In this document: positions 1 through 12,592 of the stretch, piece after piece
How the letters are laid out: each line of letters begins with the position of its first letter
How positions within the stretch are numbered: the stretch's first letter is position 1
NCBI GenBank assembly: GCA_043228905.1
Contig: JBHGNT010000013.1
Coordinates: 14,942,001-15,006,000 of the forward strand
DNA: 64,000 bases
Direction: 5' to 3'
DNA from: Azolla caroliniana
Taxonomy: Eukaryota > Plantae > Polypodiophyta
The notes under the pieces: generated by a model
Database searches by the model: none
The model's input: only the letters and a program-made list of their open reading frames with translations
What the model was told of the DNA's origin: nothing
Translations under genes and position numbers: made by a program

Positions 1-1024
1 TTTTTAATGTTTTTGAGCTTCATTTTCTGCCTATGCTACTCTGATTCCAAGAGTTGCTGGCAGTCTCTCTTTCAAAAGACACATCGTTGCAATATATATC
101 TTGTTTTTATATGCGTTTGACCTTCCTTATCTCTGTCTCACATAGTATGGCGATGATTTTAATGCTCAGTTGAAACTTTCTATTAAAAGGCACTTAGTTT
201 GCATTCTATAACTTATTCTCTTTGCATTTGAGTTTCCTTTTCTGCATCTCAGTTATGGATGAGTAGAACTTCTCTTTTTGAGAAGCTTCCTTCTCTGTGT
301 CTCTCATATGAATAATTGATTCCAATGATGATGAAAACTTTTCTTTAAAAAGCTACATAATGGCAACATATATCTTGTTTGTATGATTTTGATCTTCCAA
401 TAATCAGTATACCTTTTTTGAAAGCTGCATAATTGCAATCTATATCTTATTTTGGTTATGGGAGCTCATAAAAGTTTCCTTTCCTGATCTGAAGCATCCT
501 TCAAACTTCCATCTTAGAAGTTATATAATGGCGACATACACTAATGCGTCTTTTTCTGCTTGAATGAATCTGATTCTAATCTATTCGTCTAATTTAATTG
601 AACTTCTATAAAAAGCTCAGAGTTGCTGCCTATCTATTGTTTATGCTCACTTTTTTTATTCTCATTATTAATGACTACACTTAGTTGATCCTTCTGTATT
701 CAAATGCCGTATATTTCCAGCCTATCTTTGATCTATTATCTCTCAGGAATTTCCAAGAGATTGAATTCTTAAGAAAGTTTCTTAACGTAATGTAGATTTT
801 CATTATGTTTCTCAGTAACATGAGCTAGTGATAATGTGTCAGAAGGTTGAAGGTTTTTAGCAAGGTTATTTCCTTTCAGGCTGAGTTAATGATAGAGGAA
901 CTTTCATTTGTCTGTTTTCTGAAAAATACTCTTATGATTAAAACAATAAACATTTATGTATTATAATTTGTTTAACAGAATTGATGCATTTTTCTGTATC
1001 CATTTGGCATTTGTGTATTTGCAG

Positions 1025-4000
1025 GATTTGGCAAACACACAATCAAAATATGAAGGGTTCTTGACACATGGTCAGACTGTTTCTTCAGCGGCATTTGGTA
1101 GGTATCTTAACATTGGCATTATGATATTCGGAAATTCTGAGTCTGTTCTGAGTTAATCCATTTGCTATTATTATTCTTTGGTTGCACAAATTTCGTCTAA
1201 CTATAATTGTATTACTTGCACAGATTTTTCAACGTCGCTTCGAGAGATGGGTTTATATATGCTGGAAACTTTTGGAGACTTTTTTGATGGAGAAATAGGT
1301 ATTGCAAAGAGAATGCAAATCAGCTGTTTCTTTTATATTATTTCTCTGTTAATATGCTGCGTAAATAAATGTTATTTAACATTTTATGCTTTGTAGCTTG
1401 AAGTTGCAAGTGCACATGTATGTAGTAGTTGTGGTAGATTAGTGAGTTGATAAATTGAAAGGCACATGGATCTTCTAATTTCGTATTCTTTCCTTTCTCT
1501 CTGATTGATCATATTCATTATTCTGTGCAGGAAATGCTTTCAGTATGCTGGCAAAAGTTCAGATTGAAATTTCCAAGCTGCTTGATCTTTTTGTAAGTGT
1601 TGATTATTATCTTTTGTCTTTTAAGTGTACCCACATTTTTAGCATGTGCTTGCCCAATTGTCCCCATTATAAAATGTGATCTTCATTGCAATATACTATT
1701 ATTGTTCACACCTAGAAGTGTCATGAAACAGATGAAATAATGGAAATATCACAATCCTTGTCTAGAAGTGTAACCTGCAATTAGAAAATAAATCTATTTG
1801 ATTTTTCCCATTATATATTATTACCCCAATGCCCTTACACGTTTTTTTTTTGGTTGTCTTGAACCCTGATATAGTTTATTTATTACTTTGACTGTGCAAG
1901 TGTAGCCTGGATGTGTACTGTATGCTATTATGTTTATGTAAAGTATTTCATGGTCTTTTCCTGATGGCCTTATGTGATTCTTGATATAAAATAACATGAG
2001 TGGAATATTTTTCGTTTTTTATTAAGATACGCAATGTTTCTGAAACCATCGTGAAGCCAGCAGAGAAAATGATGACTCAACTTCAAGGGGCTCAGGTGAT
2101 GCATTCTTCTTTGTCTTTGTGCTTTAATTTTCATTGCATTGTTGTTAGTCTTCCCCAGTAACTTTGATGCTCATGTACAGGTCCTGAAGGAAAGCTACGA
2201 TGAGAAATGGTGAGTTTTTTTTAAGGTCCTGGCAATTAAATTCCTGTTTCAAATAGAATCTCTTACTTTACATAAATGCATTATCCCTATTCTTTTTCCA
2301 ATTTTAAAGATAGGTACTGACCTAACCACCAGGATATGAACCAGCAATATTTCCTTCTTAGAAAGAAGAAGAAGAAAGATGTATTTATGTAGAATCCATT
2401 TTGGGGAGGCAATTGCCATATATATACAGATAGAGAGAGATAATAATGTCTCTAAAAGACCATCGTGGCCTAAGAGACCTGTCAAAGATAACAGTATATG
2501 TTAACACATCAATCTGATTCATAAAAGAAACTCAATTGTTTGAAATGTGATAGTGACAAAAAGGTTTGGTGCCTGATCATTGAGGTGATCCAACATGGAA
2601 AATTTGATGGAACAAGGATGGCGTCTCCATACTGTGTGAAAATGGCTTTGATCTTATGAAGATACACTGCAGGATCATGGTCAGGCTGCTGCTGACAACA
2701 TCCATGAAAAGGAGCAACTTCTCCACCTTTGTCACTCCCACAGAAAAAACTATGATTCCGAGATAATGCACTAGTCTTGGCAAACGAACTTGATGCCCCT
2801 TATGGATTTGTTGATGCAAAGTCTGGAAATTACACTTAAACACGAGGTTATGTAGCATTATTAGTGGGTGATTGAATTTGACTTTTGACAACTGATAACC
2901 CTTTCCTAATGAGAAGTCGCATTGCTTGAGTTAGTGGTCATCTTGAATTCACTTTTCCCAATAGATAAGTTTTTCCTTGCCCCACGAGGGTGTACAATAA
3001 ATGACTTTCCTCATGTCGCTTGCTTCTTTTACTTTCTAAGGAGATATGAATGCCCCCTGAGTTTTCATGTAGTTTTTGTATTTTATTACTGTTCAGTGCT
3101 TATTTGCATTTTAATTAATCTCTGGCCTGATGTGTAATCTGTGGCTATCATAGGATATGCATTGGCATATCTATGTCATACATGGTCTTATGTTATTGAA
3201 CAATTCATGTGCAGGAAATCATTCAAACTGTCACAGTCTGAGAAGCAAAAAGGCAGGCTAAGGAAAGGAAAGGGGAATCAGAAATCAGAACAGGTGAAGG
3301 AAGAGATGAGGAGGCAAGCTAGCCTTGTTGACTCTCACATTCAGTCCTTGTTTGAGAACCAATCTGAAAATCTCTTGACTCAACTTGCTAAATTCCATAC
3401 TGCAGAGGTGATAATAATTATAGAATGTCAGAAGGTTTTGGGTTTGCTTATGTAAGTTAGAACTGACAAAACCTTTCTTCATTGTAGCTGTATTTATTTA
3501 GCAAAAGCCTTGTATCAATCAATGCAGTGGATCCGGTTGTAAAACAACTTGCCCAAGATAGAGACATTGACACAACTGTGCAAGAGGAGATACCTGATGA
3601 TAATTTGGAGTATAAAGTGGGAGAAGAATTAAGGAGTGATGCTGAGACCAACAGTGCTCCCAGTTCTCCAAGAGTTTTGGTATTAGATTCTTAAAACCTT
3701 CAACATTCTTAAACAAGCATAATCTCTTGTGATTTGTAAAATATAGGAGTGAGATAACACCTTTGTTCTGGCCTTTCCTTTCTGTATTTGCATTCTTACT
3801 TGATCTTCTGACATTGCAGAGACCACCATCTTATTCATCTGAGTCTTCTGGAGAATTTAATTTTGAAGATAAGAGGACAGAAGGAAACAGCAAATCAGCT
3901 CCTTTGTCTCCATCAATGTACCACACTAACGTGCGAAAATTTGAAGATGAATACGAGAAGCAAGAGAAGTTTGCTAGGTTTTATGCGCTTCCTTCTCCAA

Positions 4001-4695
4001 CTGATGCAAGGAGTGGATGGGCTGGGCATCAAACTGAAGTGCAGAACAAGGAATGCTTTGGTGTACACGGTCAAACTGTGAAAGGCTATTATTCAGGCAA
4101 TATCCTCGAAGCCTACAAATCAGAGCAGATGAGGAAAGCATCTAAAGTTAAGGGAGAACATATATTTATGGCAAAACCAGGATACTCGGAAGTTGATTTT
4201 TTTACTACAAACCATACACTGAAGGGTTCTTCTAATAAAAACTCAACTGAAATGACTGAAGGAGGTGATTATAAAAGTGTTTCAGATCCGAAGGTTAAAA
4301 AATATAGTCACTCTGGACCATTTATAAGCAAACCTCATAAGAATGCTAGCTATACACCTGCAAATAACACAAGCATAGAACATGAAATCAAATCTGGTCC
4401 AATAAGGTCTCCTACATCATCGCCATATATTTCTGCATCCCCTCCAACAACGTTATCACCGCTAATCAGCGAGCTACATAAGCTTCCTCTACCCCCCGCA
4501 GGGTCTGTAACTCCTACTAGGTCACCTAGCCACCGTCCTGTACAATACTCAGCACCTTTACAACGGAGAGAACCAACGATTTCGAATCCAGCATCCCCCT
4601 TGCCGCCACCACCAGCACCTCCACCAGCACCATTTGGCCTTGTTTCAAGGAGTTTATCTATTCCATCATCAACCAATTCTGTAATGGGGGATTAA
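1025..4695 (+). CDS. At2g33490-like protein (BAR-like N-terminal helical domain, Pro/Ser-rich C-terminus); 5' exon(s) and start codon not resolved
   Basis: GT-AG exons join in frame: 1025-1097 (DLANTQSKYEGFLTHGQTVSSAAF), 1224-1298 (DFSTSLREMGLYMLETF), 1531-1592 (NAFSMLAKVQIEISKLLDLF), 2027-2095, 2181-2209, 3215-3407 (LLTQLAKFHTAE), 3488-3679 (VDPVVKQLAQDRDID), 3820-4695 (SKSAPL, YALPSP, ISELHKLPLPP, YSAPL, SRSLSIPS). Motif order matches the plant At2g33490 family as I recall it. Confidence 0.8.
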
Positions 4696-5486
4696 CACAT
4701 GTTAATTGGATAAGAGTCCTCTTTTACAGTCAATTTCTCTTCTTTTAATGTTGGGCCTGTGAAGGATAGTAATCTGAGTATAAAAAGACCTGCAGTGATA
4801 TGCATGTTCACAACTTTATTAACAAAGACCCCAACCCACGTCTTTGGTAAGTTGCACCTCTTGAATTTGCATCCTTTGCAACAAGTTTGTAAAGCATATG
4901 TGTGCACAACTTCTTTGCCTTTATCAACCGACTTTTGCCTGTATGTTGTAATGGAAAAGTTTAACAAGTTTGTAATATAGGATTATTTTTTTAAATGGTA
5001 GTTCCCATCTCTGCAATTAGAGACATGTGAGTTGTGGTTTCCTGTCACCTCCTTCATTCTCTCCGGGTACAAGTCTTAATATCTTGAAAAACAAATTTAT
5101 TATCCATGTCATTTTGATTTTGTTTGAGGTATGAAATATGATAGACTGGCTGATCATTATTACAAATCTATCACCGGCTATTTTAATTATAGCCTCAAAA
5201 GGTTACTCTTCTTCACGAGTATCATTAATTCCTCAATATCGCAATTTCTTATTCTTGGAAATATCATGAAACCCAATGCCTGTTATGAATTTCTGAATAT
5301 TGCTTGTTCCAATAACCTTAGTACTGTTATTAAGCTGTGCAATATGTCACTTAGATATTATTTGAGGGACCTATTTTATTGGTTGATGAATGATACATCA
5401 AAATAATTACATTTCAAACCTCATGCACGTATCAAAATTTCCATTGCTTGTGTTATTTCTGAAATGGAGGATACAGCAAAAAATGG

Positions 5487-5640
5487 TAAATGAGCTACTA
5501 GATATTTTGGTCAGTACTATATATTTGATTAACCTAACTGATCCACTGGTCCTTTATTATGTTAAATGAGCTACTATATATTTTGATCACTCCTACAATT
5601 GATTCAAACTGACTAACTGATTCACTGGTCCTCTATTCTG
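5487..5640. repeat. Imperfect ~75-bp tandem duplication between the two genes
   Basis: taaatgagctacta(g/t)atattttg...aactgat(c/t)cactggtcct occurs twice head-to-tail. Confidence 0.7.
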
Positions 5641-6618
5641 TTCGACACTCATCAAATATACCTATACATAGTACAAAACATGCTTACATTTTCTTCACTG
5701 TGGTCGATATTTCACTGCATCACATCATTCTATTACACTATGCATTTGATAAACTATGTTATAGTTAATGCAATATTGATCATCAAACCACATCCGTACT
5801 AATACAAAAGTTCTTGCAAATATCATTATGGTGACACAAGCAAAGGCATACACCACTGGGCAACGCTTCAGCCCAAGGAAAATAATTCGATAAATGATGC
5901 AAGATAGCATGACTGCTGTGTTACATTGCTTCTCAAAGCTGGTGATACAAGATGGATGCATGATGTTTTTGATCATGCATATTACTACAGATGATATTTA
6001 CATATCTGTAATTAAAATAACACCACTTGGTATGACTCTTTGGCCCAATAAATACACGACTCAAACGTTGATCTGCCCCATTAAAAGAGGACTTGTAAAG
6101 CTTTCCATGTTTCTGATAATATACATTACTAATGATGGATATAGACAATCTGCGGCTAGGTAATAAACAAAAATCTGTACCAAGTTCATATCCCAGGTCA
6201 TGGATAGAAAACCCTCTCTCCTATGTATGTCCTGCAAAACATGGATGTACACCAGATCAATAGAACAATGCACACAAAGGAAATTCAGTGCATTGATGTA
6301 TACTAGATCAATAGAGGAATCCATAAAAGGAAATTGAGGACAAACATTATTAAGAAGTATTAACTAGAACTAAAAAACTATCTCAAGGCTCACAGATATG
6401 AAATGTATGCCATTATTACAAAGCATTAACTTGAAGAAATTGGACTACCTCAATTTTTACATATCTGGAATGTCTGCCTGCTCTTGTTGGGTTGCTTCCA
6501 ACTTCTGTAATAAATAATAGCTTAGCTTAAAAGGTTATAAATATCAACAATATTCTTTCTATGACATCACAGAATATTTTTTCAGGTGATACCATCATAA
6601 AGCAATGTAACATAGCAG

Positions 6619-9274
6619 TCACGCAGAAGAGACCTGTCTTTTGCTGATATAAGGCTGTACAGCTTTCGGTGTTCGAGGGGGTTGTGGTTTCGTTGCCTCA
6701 AGATATTTCTCAACTTCAAACTCCTTTCTTGTTTCTTTACGGCTCCCAGTCTGCCAAACACGACCAAAATTTGGCATCCATCCACTACCACCTTCTGGCC
6801 CTGCCGCTCGAGAAGGTTGACCAAGAGCCTCCCTTGCCATCTCTGCCCTACGCTGTTCTGCCCACGCAGCGCCTACACGTTTGGGGTTCCTTAGTTTCTT
6901 CAGCTTCCTCTCTTGAGCACGTGACAGTGCTGCTTCTGGACCTCGATTTATATTTCCAGCATTTTTGTTCATTGTTTGCAACCATGGTGGGGGCGCCCCA
7001 GAATGCACATTGCCTACCATTGACTGTAATGATGGCTGACGTATGCATGTAAGGGATCCTGAGAGATCAATAACTTTATACTTTATTGGTCACTTGAGTT
7101 ATAGATATAAAACTATCCGATGCTAGTTGTATCCAACCTTGATAACAAATATATACTTGAATGAAGTACTGACTGAAATTACATTTGATATACAGTTAGA
7201 TAAACAGATGCCTAATGGTTGAAGTAACAACCATATTCCTTGAAAAAGATTCCCATTGGGAGTGGAGTATTTCCAAACCCCAAGTCTTGAAGGGGTAGTA
7301 CCTAAGCATACACAGGGAACCTAGAATATTCACTAATTCTAGACAGACTAAGCAGGATATAGAATTAAAGTCTCAGCAGTATGGAAGAAATAAGGTCTCA
7401 GCAGTATGGAGAGAAAACCTGCCAAATACTACAGGAAGCATTTTATGAAGTAAATTACAGGCTTCACAGGAAGCCTGTAATTTACTGTCTTTTCATAAAC
7501 TAAATAAAAGCACCTACATGCCTTCAAGATCTAGAAACCAATGTAGATATAAGCCAGTTAATCTTCACTCAACATATGCCATGGCAATTCCTTACTATCA
7601 CATAAATATCCTTGTTGACTATGGCACAAGAACATGGGTTTCCAATATCAATCAAGTCAAAGTGGAGAAATGTAGCAAGAATGCAAAAAAGTAAATATGG
7701 TACAACTGTTCATGACACATACCTCCTAACCATATATCCTTATCAGCTAGAAATTTGCTGCTTGATTGGGTATGCCTTGCAACACTTGGCAAAGCTGGCG
7801 CTGCTGGACAAGGTTTGGAAGTATAATCACCACTGAGCTTATTATTATCTGAAACTCCATTTTGGGGATGATTGTAGTTTCCATCCTTACAGAATGGTAA
7901 AGGAGCACTCGCGCTTAAGACTGAGTTCGTAAAAGACTCTAGAGAAAAAGGTTCAAAAGACGTTATTTTACTAGAACTAAATTCAGAGTGGATATTATTC
8001 GGAGCTCCTGGCAAAGGTCCAATCAACGCACTCACATCTGCAAGCCTCCTGCACGCGTCCTCCCACTAGTAGACACAGAATAAAAAAATAATAGCATCCA
8101 TAAACTCCTATTACAAGGCTTCCAGTTCCCTCGGATGTTTCTAATATTTCGTAACCATTGCTTCTAGGGCAATAAGCAAAAGGATACCTTAGCAAGTTCT
8201 TCACTCTGAAAGCAATATAAATGCCTTCTTTTGACATCAGCTCCATTCTCGTACCAGAATTTCTTCACAATTTCGTGATGTGAAGTGCTTCCAAGATGTT
8301 TGATGGTATTTGAGCTTTGACAAGTTTGACAACATCAAGAAACAAGTATAAGATAGAAGCATTACCGAGTAGATTTATAAAATGAAAAACTATCTATTGC
8401 AAACAAGCTTGAGAAAACATCTCCTCGTTCATTCTACAAAGCAACAGCATTGGTTACATCATGCAAGGAGCCGTTATATTTTACCAAAAAGATCTCGAAT
8501 TAATGAATAAAGGAAGAGCATTACGTTTACATGCTGTGAAAACAGTGAAGATATCTTTGATTGGTCACTGTATAAAGTGCATTACGTCTGCAGTAACTTC
8601 CAAGACAGCAACATCTATGCTACGAAAACGAAAAACAGAAGCATATACAACCAAAATGCTATGTATATTTCCGAAAAATATTTTAAAATTTATGGATCAA
8701 GTTTTTTTTTCCCAAAATATGAAGGCAAAGAATGCCTCTGTGGGCGTTTGGAATGGTTATTAAAGAAAATGAGCACGCACGATTGGGCAGGAATGCAGAG
8801 AGAAAATGTTGATACCATTCAATAACCTCAATTAGAAACAAAATATTTGAGCATCATAGACATGGCCACATCATTGCAAAGTCGCCAGAAGTAAACAAAA
8901 TAACAAAGTATACATCTTGTAAAGATCAGAAAAGGATTATACAGAGAGAGAGAGAGAGTAACTTCAAAAGGCAATTCGTCACGTTCACGGAAAGGAAATA
9001 AGAAATCATAACATCATTACCATGCGAAGACACTGTCAAGCTCGGAGATTTTGGTGTCGCAAAAGGAGCACCAGAAAGAATTGAGGCGATCCTCTGATTC
9101 TCTGAGTCGAGCGGGGTTATGGAGGAAGAAGGAAACGTCCTTGATCCTGCGGAGTGAGTTAGAGAGGAGAACGGAGAGCTTCTGCTGATGTCGGGACGAG
9201 TATCGGTGGCCTTTTCCGTGGTTGTGGTTCAACCTGCAGACGCTGCAGAGATGGAACGCCTTCTTCTCCGCCAT
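6619..9274 (-). CDS. TTL: TITAN-LIKE protein (CCDC84/CENATAC family, zinc-finger minor-spliceosome factor)
   Basis: Exons 9274-9021 (CSVCRLNHNHGKGHRYSSRH; FWCSFC), 8314-8188 (IKHLGSTSHHEIVKKFW), 8065-7723, 7058-6619 (GNVHSGAPPPWL, NPKRVGAAWAE, WMPNFGRVWQTGSRKETRKEF). Splice phases are compatible. A small extra exon near 7230-7320 cannot be excluded. Confidence 0.9.
7449..7486. repeat. Perfect 17-bp inverted repeat with 4-nt loop in a TTL intron
   Basis: agtaaattacaggcttc-acag-gaagcctgtaatttact. Confidence 0.9.
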
Positions 9275-9959
9275 AGCCGAAGATTCTCTGCTCTCTCTCT
9301 CTCTGAACGAAAGAATATGTACATATACATATATGTATAAATACAGAAATACATGTTTTGGAAATTAACGCAAATAGCCTCCCTGTATTTTCCTAATTCC
9401 CAAACTACCCTTCTACACACACACACATATATGCGTCACAATATTTTGAAAATTCCCAAACTACCCTTCCACACACACACACACACACACACATATGTCT
9501 TGGGTTCAAGACCCAACTTTTTTTTTTTTTTTTCTTTTCCTAAACAAGATATCCTTCCATTAGTTTTAAAAAGCATATCTGCTACAAAATACAACCAATA
9601 GCTCAGCGTTGCTGCTTCCAGCAACACCTTTGTTACAAAAGACTTCAAAAGCTTCCTTTAGAGCCTTGTGAAAGAGGGAATGATGTACAAAGCATTACTC
9701 ACATATTGTTCAGATATTTATCATGACCTTTGTTCAAGACCCAACTTTCTAACCTCTCTATAATATTCCATACATATCCCCTTAATTTACTACATGTCAA
9801 TGTGGAATGTACGGGTGGAACCCATAACTTTCTAGTCTCCATTGGGCTACTTTACCAACTGCGCTACATTCATGCATTCTGTACAATAATGAGCTGCCTG
9901 AATGTGTGGAAAGCTTGAAATAGCTTGGCCTTGAAGTTCTTTCAAATTATAGATGGAAT

Positions 9960-10400
9960 GGATGTGCTACACGCTGCTTAGAGGTGGGTAAGCGAGCATA
10001 TTATGCATTTGAGAACATACGCAATCATAGAGATATTAAGTGTTGGGTCCTCAAGAAAATACCTTTTCGACACTTTGGTGACACTAGTGCTTCTCTATGG
10101 GGTGGAAGTATTGGGCGGTAGCCTCCCTAAATCTATGTGGAAAGAGTTTGAAAATGTCCAAAAACATTTTCTTACAAAGTTTTTACAAGTTTAAAAACAA
10201 ACGCCCTACTCCCTCCTCCTTGAGATGGGATCACTTCCCATCTTTGGTTGTTGAATACATGCTTAAGGTTAAAAAAAGTCCCTCACATCAACTTCCTAGA
10301 ATTGTATGGGAAGTAAGCAAAAAGAACCAAAAGATGCATAAAAGCAAAATTTTTGTGTTCCAGTTGGATGCAATATATGGAAAAATGGTTTGGTAGATGG
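9960..10400 (+). pseudogene. Degenerate non-LTR retrotransposon (LINE) ORF2 C-terminal remnant
   Basis: Frameshifted peptide LFDTLVTLVLLYGVEVLGG...EFENVQKHFLTKFLQV..TPYSLLLEMGSLP resembles the post-RT 'LLYG.E.W' region of LINEs. Confidence 0.55.
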
Positions 10401-10500
10401 GATGCAACACACTTGGTTCATGATACATCACTAGATTCCAATGTATCATGATGCAAAGAATTGAGTGTGATTCTATGCAACGGAATAGATTAAGGATTTG

Positions 10501-12592
10501 TGTTATATGTGTGTGTGTGGAAAGAGGAGAGGAGAGGAGAGAAACACTAGATAGATAACTAGGAAAATGAAATACCCAAGAAGATGTATATATTAGGAAG
10601 TGGAGAACTATCACGGAAATTGTATAAATATTTTTAACATCCTTGGTTCCTTTTAAGGGATTCAATACTAGTCATTGACACATCAATCTAGTATTCTTGT
10701 TTAGCCCCATCTTGTCTCGTTCTTCATCTCTGTCTCCATGCTCTAATGTCATTCCTAGCTTATTAAGTTCCTCGTAGCCTTGTCATCCGTGTTTCGTCCG
10801 AGTTTGCGCTTGGTGTGTCCGTGACAGTTTGAATCCCTTCCAACTGGGAGCACCACTCGTCTTCGTCATCGCCTTTGCTTCTAGAGTTACCATCATCACC
10901 GTCCTTGCTTCCGGAGTTATTGTCATCAACATCCTTGTCTTCGACATCATCATTTTCAACACCTCTTCTCCCAACCATCGTCGTCATCAACACTACTTGT
11001 TATCATTTTTATGTATCATTTTGCATCACGGCTTTGGTGAGGAGTGCTTTCGATCGCTCACCTTCCCAGTTCTGGTGGGGGTCACAACCGCTCACTTTCC
11101 TGGTGGGGATCGGATCATTGCTCACTTGCACTGCATTTTCATTATAGTTCAAGTCTTGCGTCACTTTCTGTTGGCGAGGACCGATTTCGATCGCTCACCT
11201 TCTGGTTTCGGTGGGGGTCAGAACCGCTCACTTTCCTGGTGGGGATCGCGTGGGTTTCTCGCTAGCGGTACCGTCTGTGTCGTGTCTTGGGTCAACCTTG
11301 ACTATTTACCCTCTCATAATAGAAGAAGTTGAGTTGACCGCTTCACTTGCACTCCTTCGCCCGTTGTTGTTCCAGTTCTCAGTGAGGGCCACATAGTCGC
11401 TCACGCCTGTTCGTGTTTTCGATGAGAACCGCACATGGTCGCTCACGTTCCAGTTCCCGATGAGGGCCACACATGGTGGCCCATGTCTGTTCATGTTCCA
11501 GTTCTTTGTGAGGGTCGCATGGTCTCTCACGCCCATTCGTGTTCAGTTCTCGATGAGGGCCACATGGTCGCTCATGCCTGTTCGTGTTTTCGATGAGGAC
11601 CACACATGGTCGCTCACGTTCCAGTTCCCGATGAGGGCCACACATGGTCGCCCACATCCGTTTATGTTCCAGTTCTTTGTGAGGGCCGCATGGTCGCTCA
11701 CGCCCGTTGGTGTTCATGTTCCAACTCTCGGCGAGGACCGACATGGTCTCTCATGCCCGTTGGTGTTCGTGTTCCCTGTGAGGACCGCACATGGTCACTC
11801 ACACTCGTTGGTATTCATGTTCCAATCTCCAGTGAGGACCGCACATGGTCGCTCACTCCAGCTATTGTTCATGTTCCAGATCTTCACGAGGACCGACATG
11901 GTCGCTCATGCGTGTTATTGTTCATCTTCCAGTTCCCGGTGAGGACCACAAATGGTCGCTCATGCCCGTTGGTGGTTGTGTTCCAACTCTCGGCAAGGAC
12001 TGACATGGTCTCTCATGCCCATTGGTGTTCTTGTTCCCCGTGAGGACTGCACATGGTCACTCACGCTTGTCGGTATTTGTGTTCCAATTCCCAACGAGGA
12101 TCGCACATGGTCACTCGTGCCCGTTGGTGTTCAATACCTCGCGATGACTGCACATGGTTGCTCATGCCCATTGGTGTTCAAAACCTCGTCTTCTGGAAGG
12201 GTTACTCCTTGTCAAGGATTTACAAAATACTTTGGAGGTGGTCTAAGATTTTCATCAATAGTATCCCCTTAAGCCAAGGACCGGTTTGAGAAGGCGGCGT
12301 AAGAGGGGGGATAATGTCACATTCTAGAATCGAACCTTTGATTTTTAACACACAGTACATTGAGTTGTGTTAACCATATGGAAACTCTTGTGAATTGTCC
12401 ACATTCGATTGTGAACTTGTATATATTGTAGAGTCTAGTGTATCTAGTACATTGAGAATATTCTAGTCATTAGTATATTCTAGAATTATTCTGTGGTATA
12501 TTCTCGAAATATTTCTCAAGTATATTATAGAGATATTCAATCTCGGAAATTGTATAAATAATTGTAACATCCTCGCTTCCTTTCAAGGGATG
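10501..12592 (+). mobile_element. Non-autonomous chromovirus-derived LTR element remnant with internal tandem array
   Basis: The block cggaaattgtataaata..taacatcct.g.ttccttt.aaggga is shared by ~10614-10650 and ~12544-12590. A PPT (aagaggggggataa) precedes tgtca at 12314. Just upstream is a decayed chromodomain tail (LQNTLEVV*DFHQ*YPLKP). The left boundary is uncertain. Confidence 0.55.
11370..12185. repeat. Degenerate minisatellite with ~35-55 bp units
   Basis: Recurring gagg(g/a)cc(a/g)cacatggtcgctca(c/t)gcccgttggtgttcatgttcca, well over ten copies. Confidence 0.9.

Noticed and set aside
70-620. Loose recurring motif (aaag..cata.t.gcaa..tatatctt.ttt) upstream of the first resolved exon
   Set aside because: Too degenerate and AT-rich to define units or a function.
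2249-3137. Short ORFs within intron 5 of the first gene
   Set aside because: No recognisable motifs; possibly old TE debris, but not supportable.
11370-12185. Repeat array resembling a CRISPR array
   Set aside because: Units are contiguous degenerate copies without unique spacers, there are no cas genes, and the context is eukaryotic.
11379-12289. Overlapping repetitive ORFs (ERERPCGPHRELE etc.)
   Set aside because: Produced by the minisatellite in several frames; no domain evidence.
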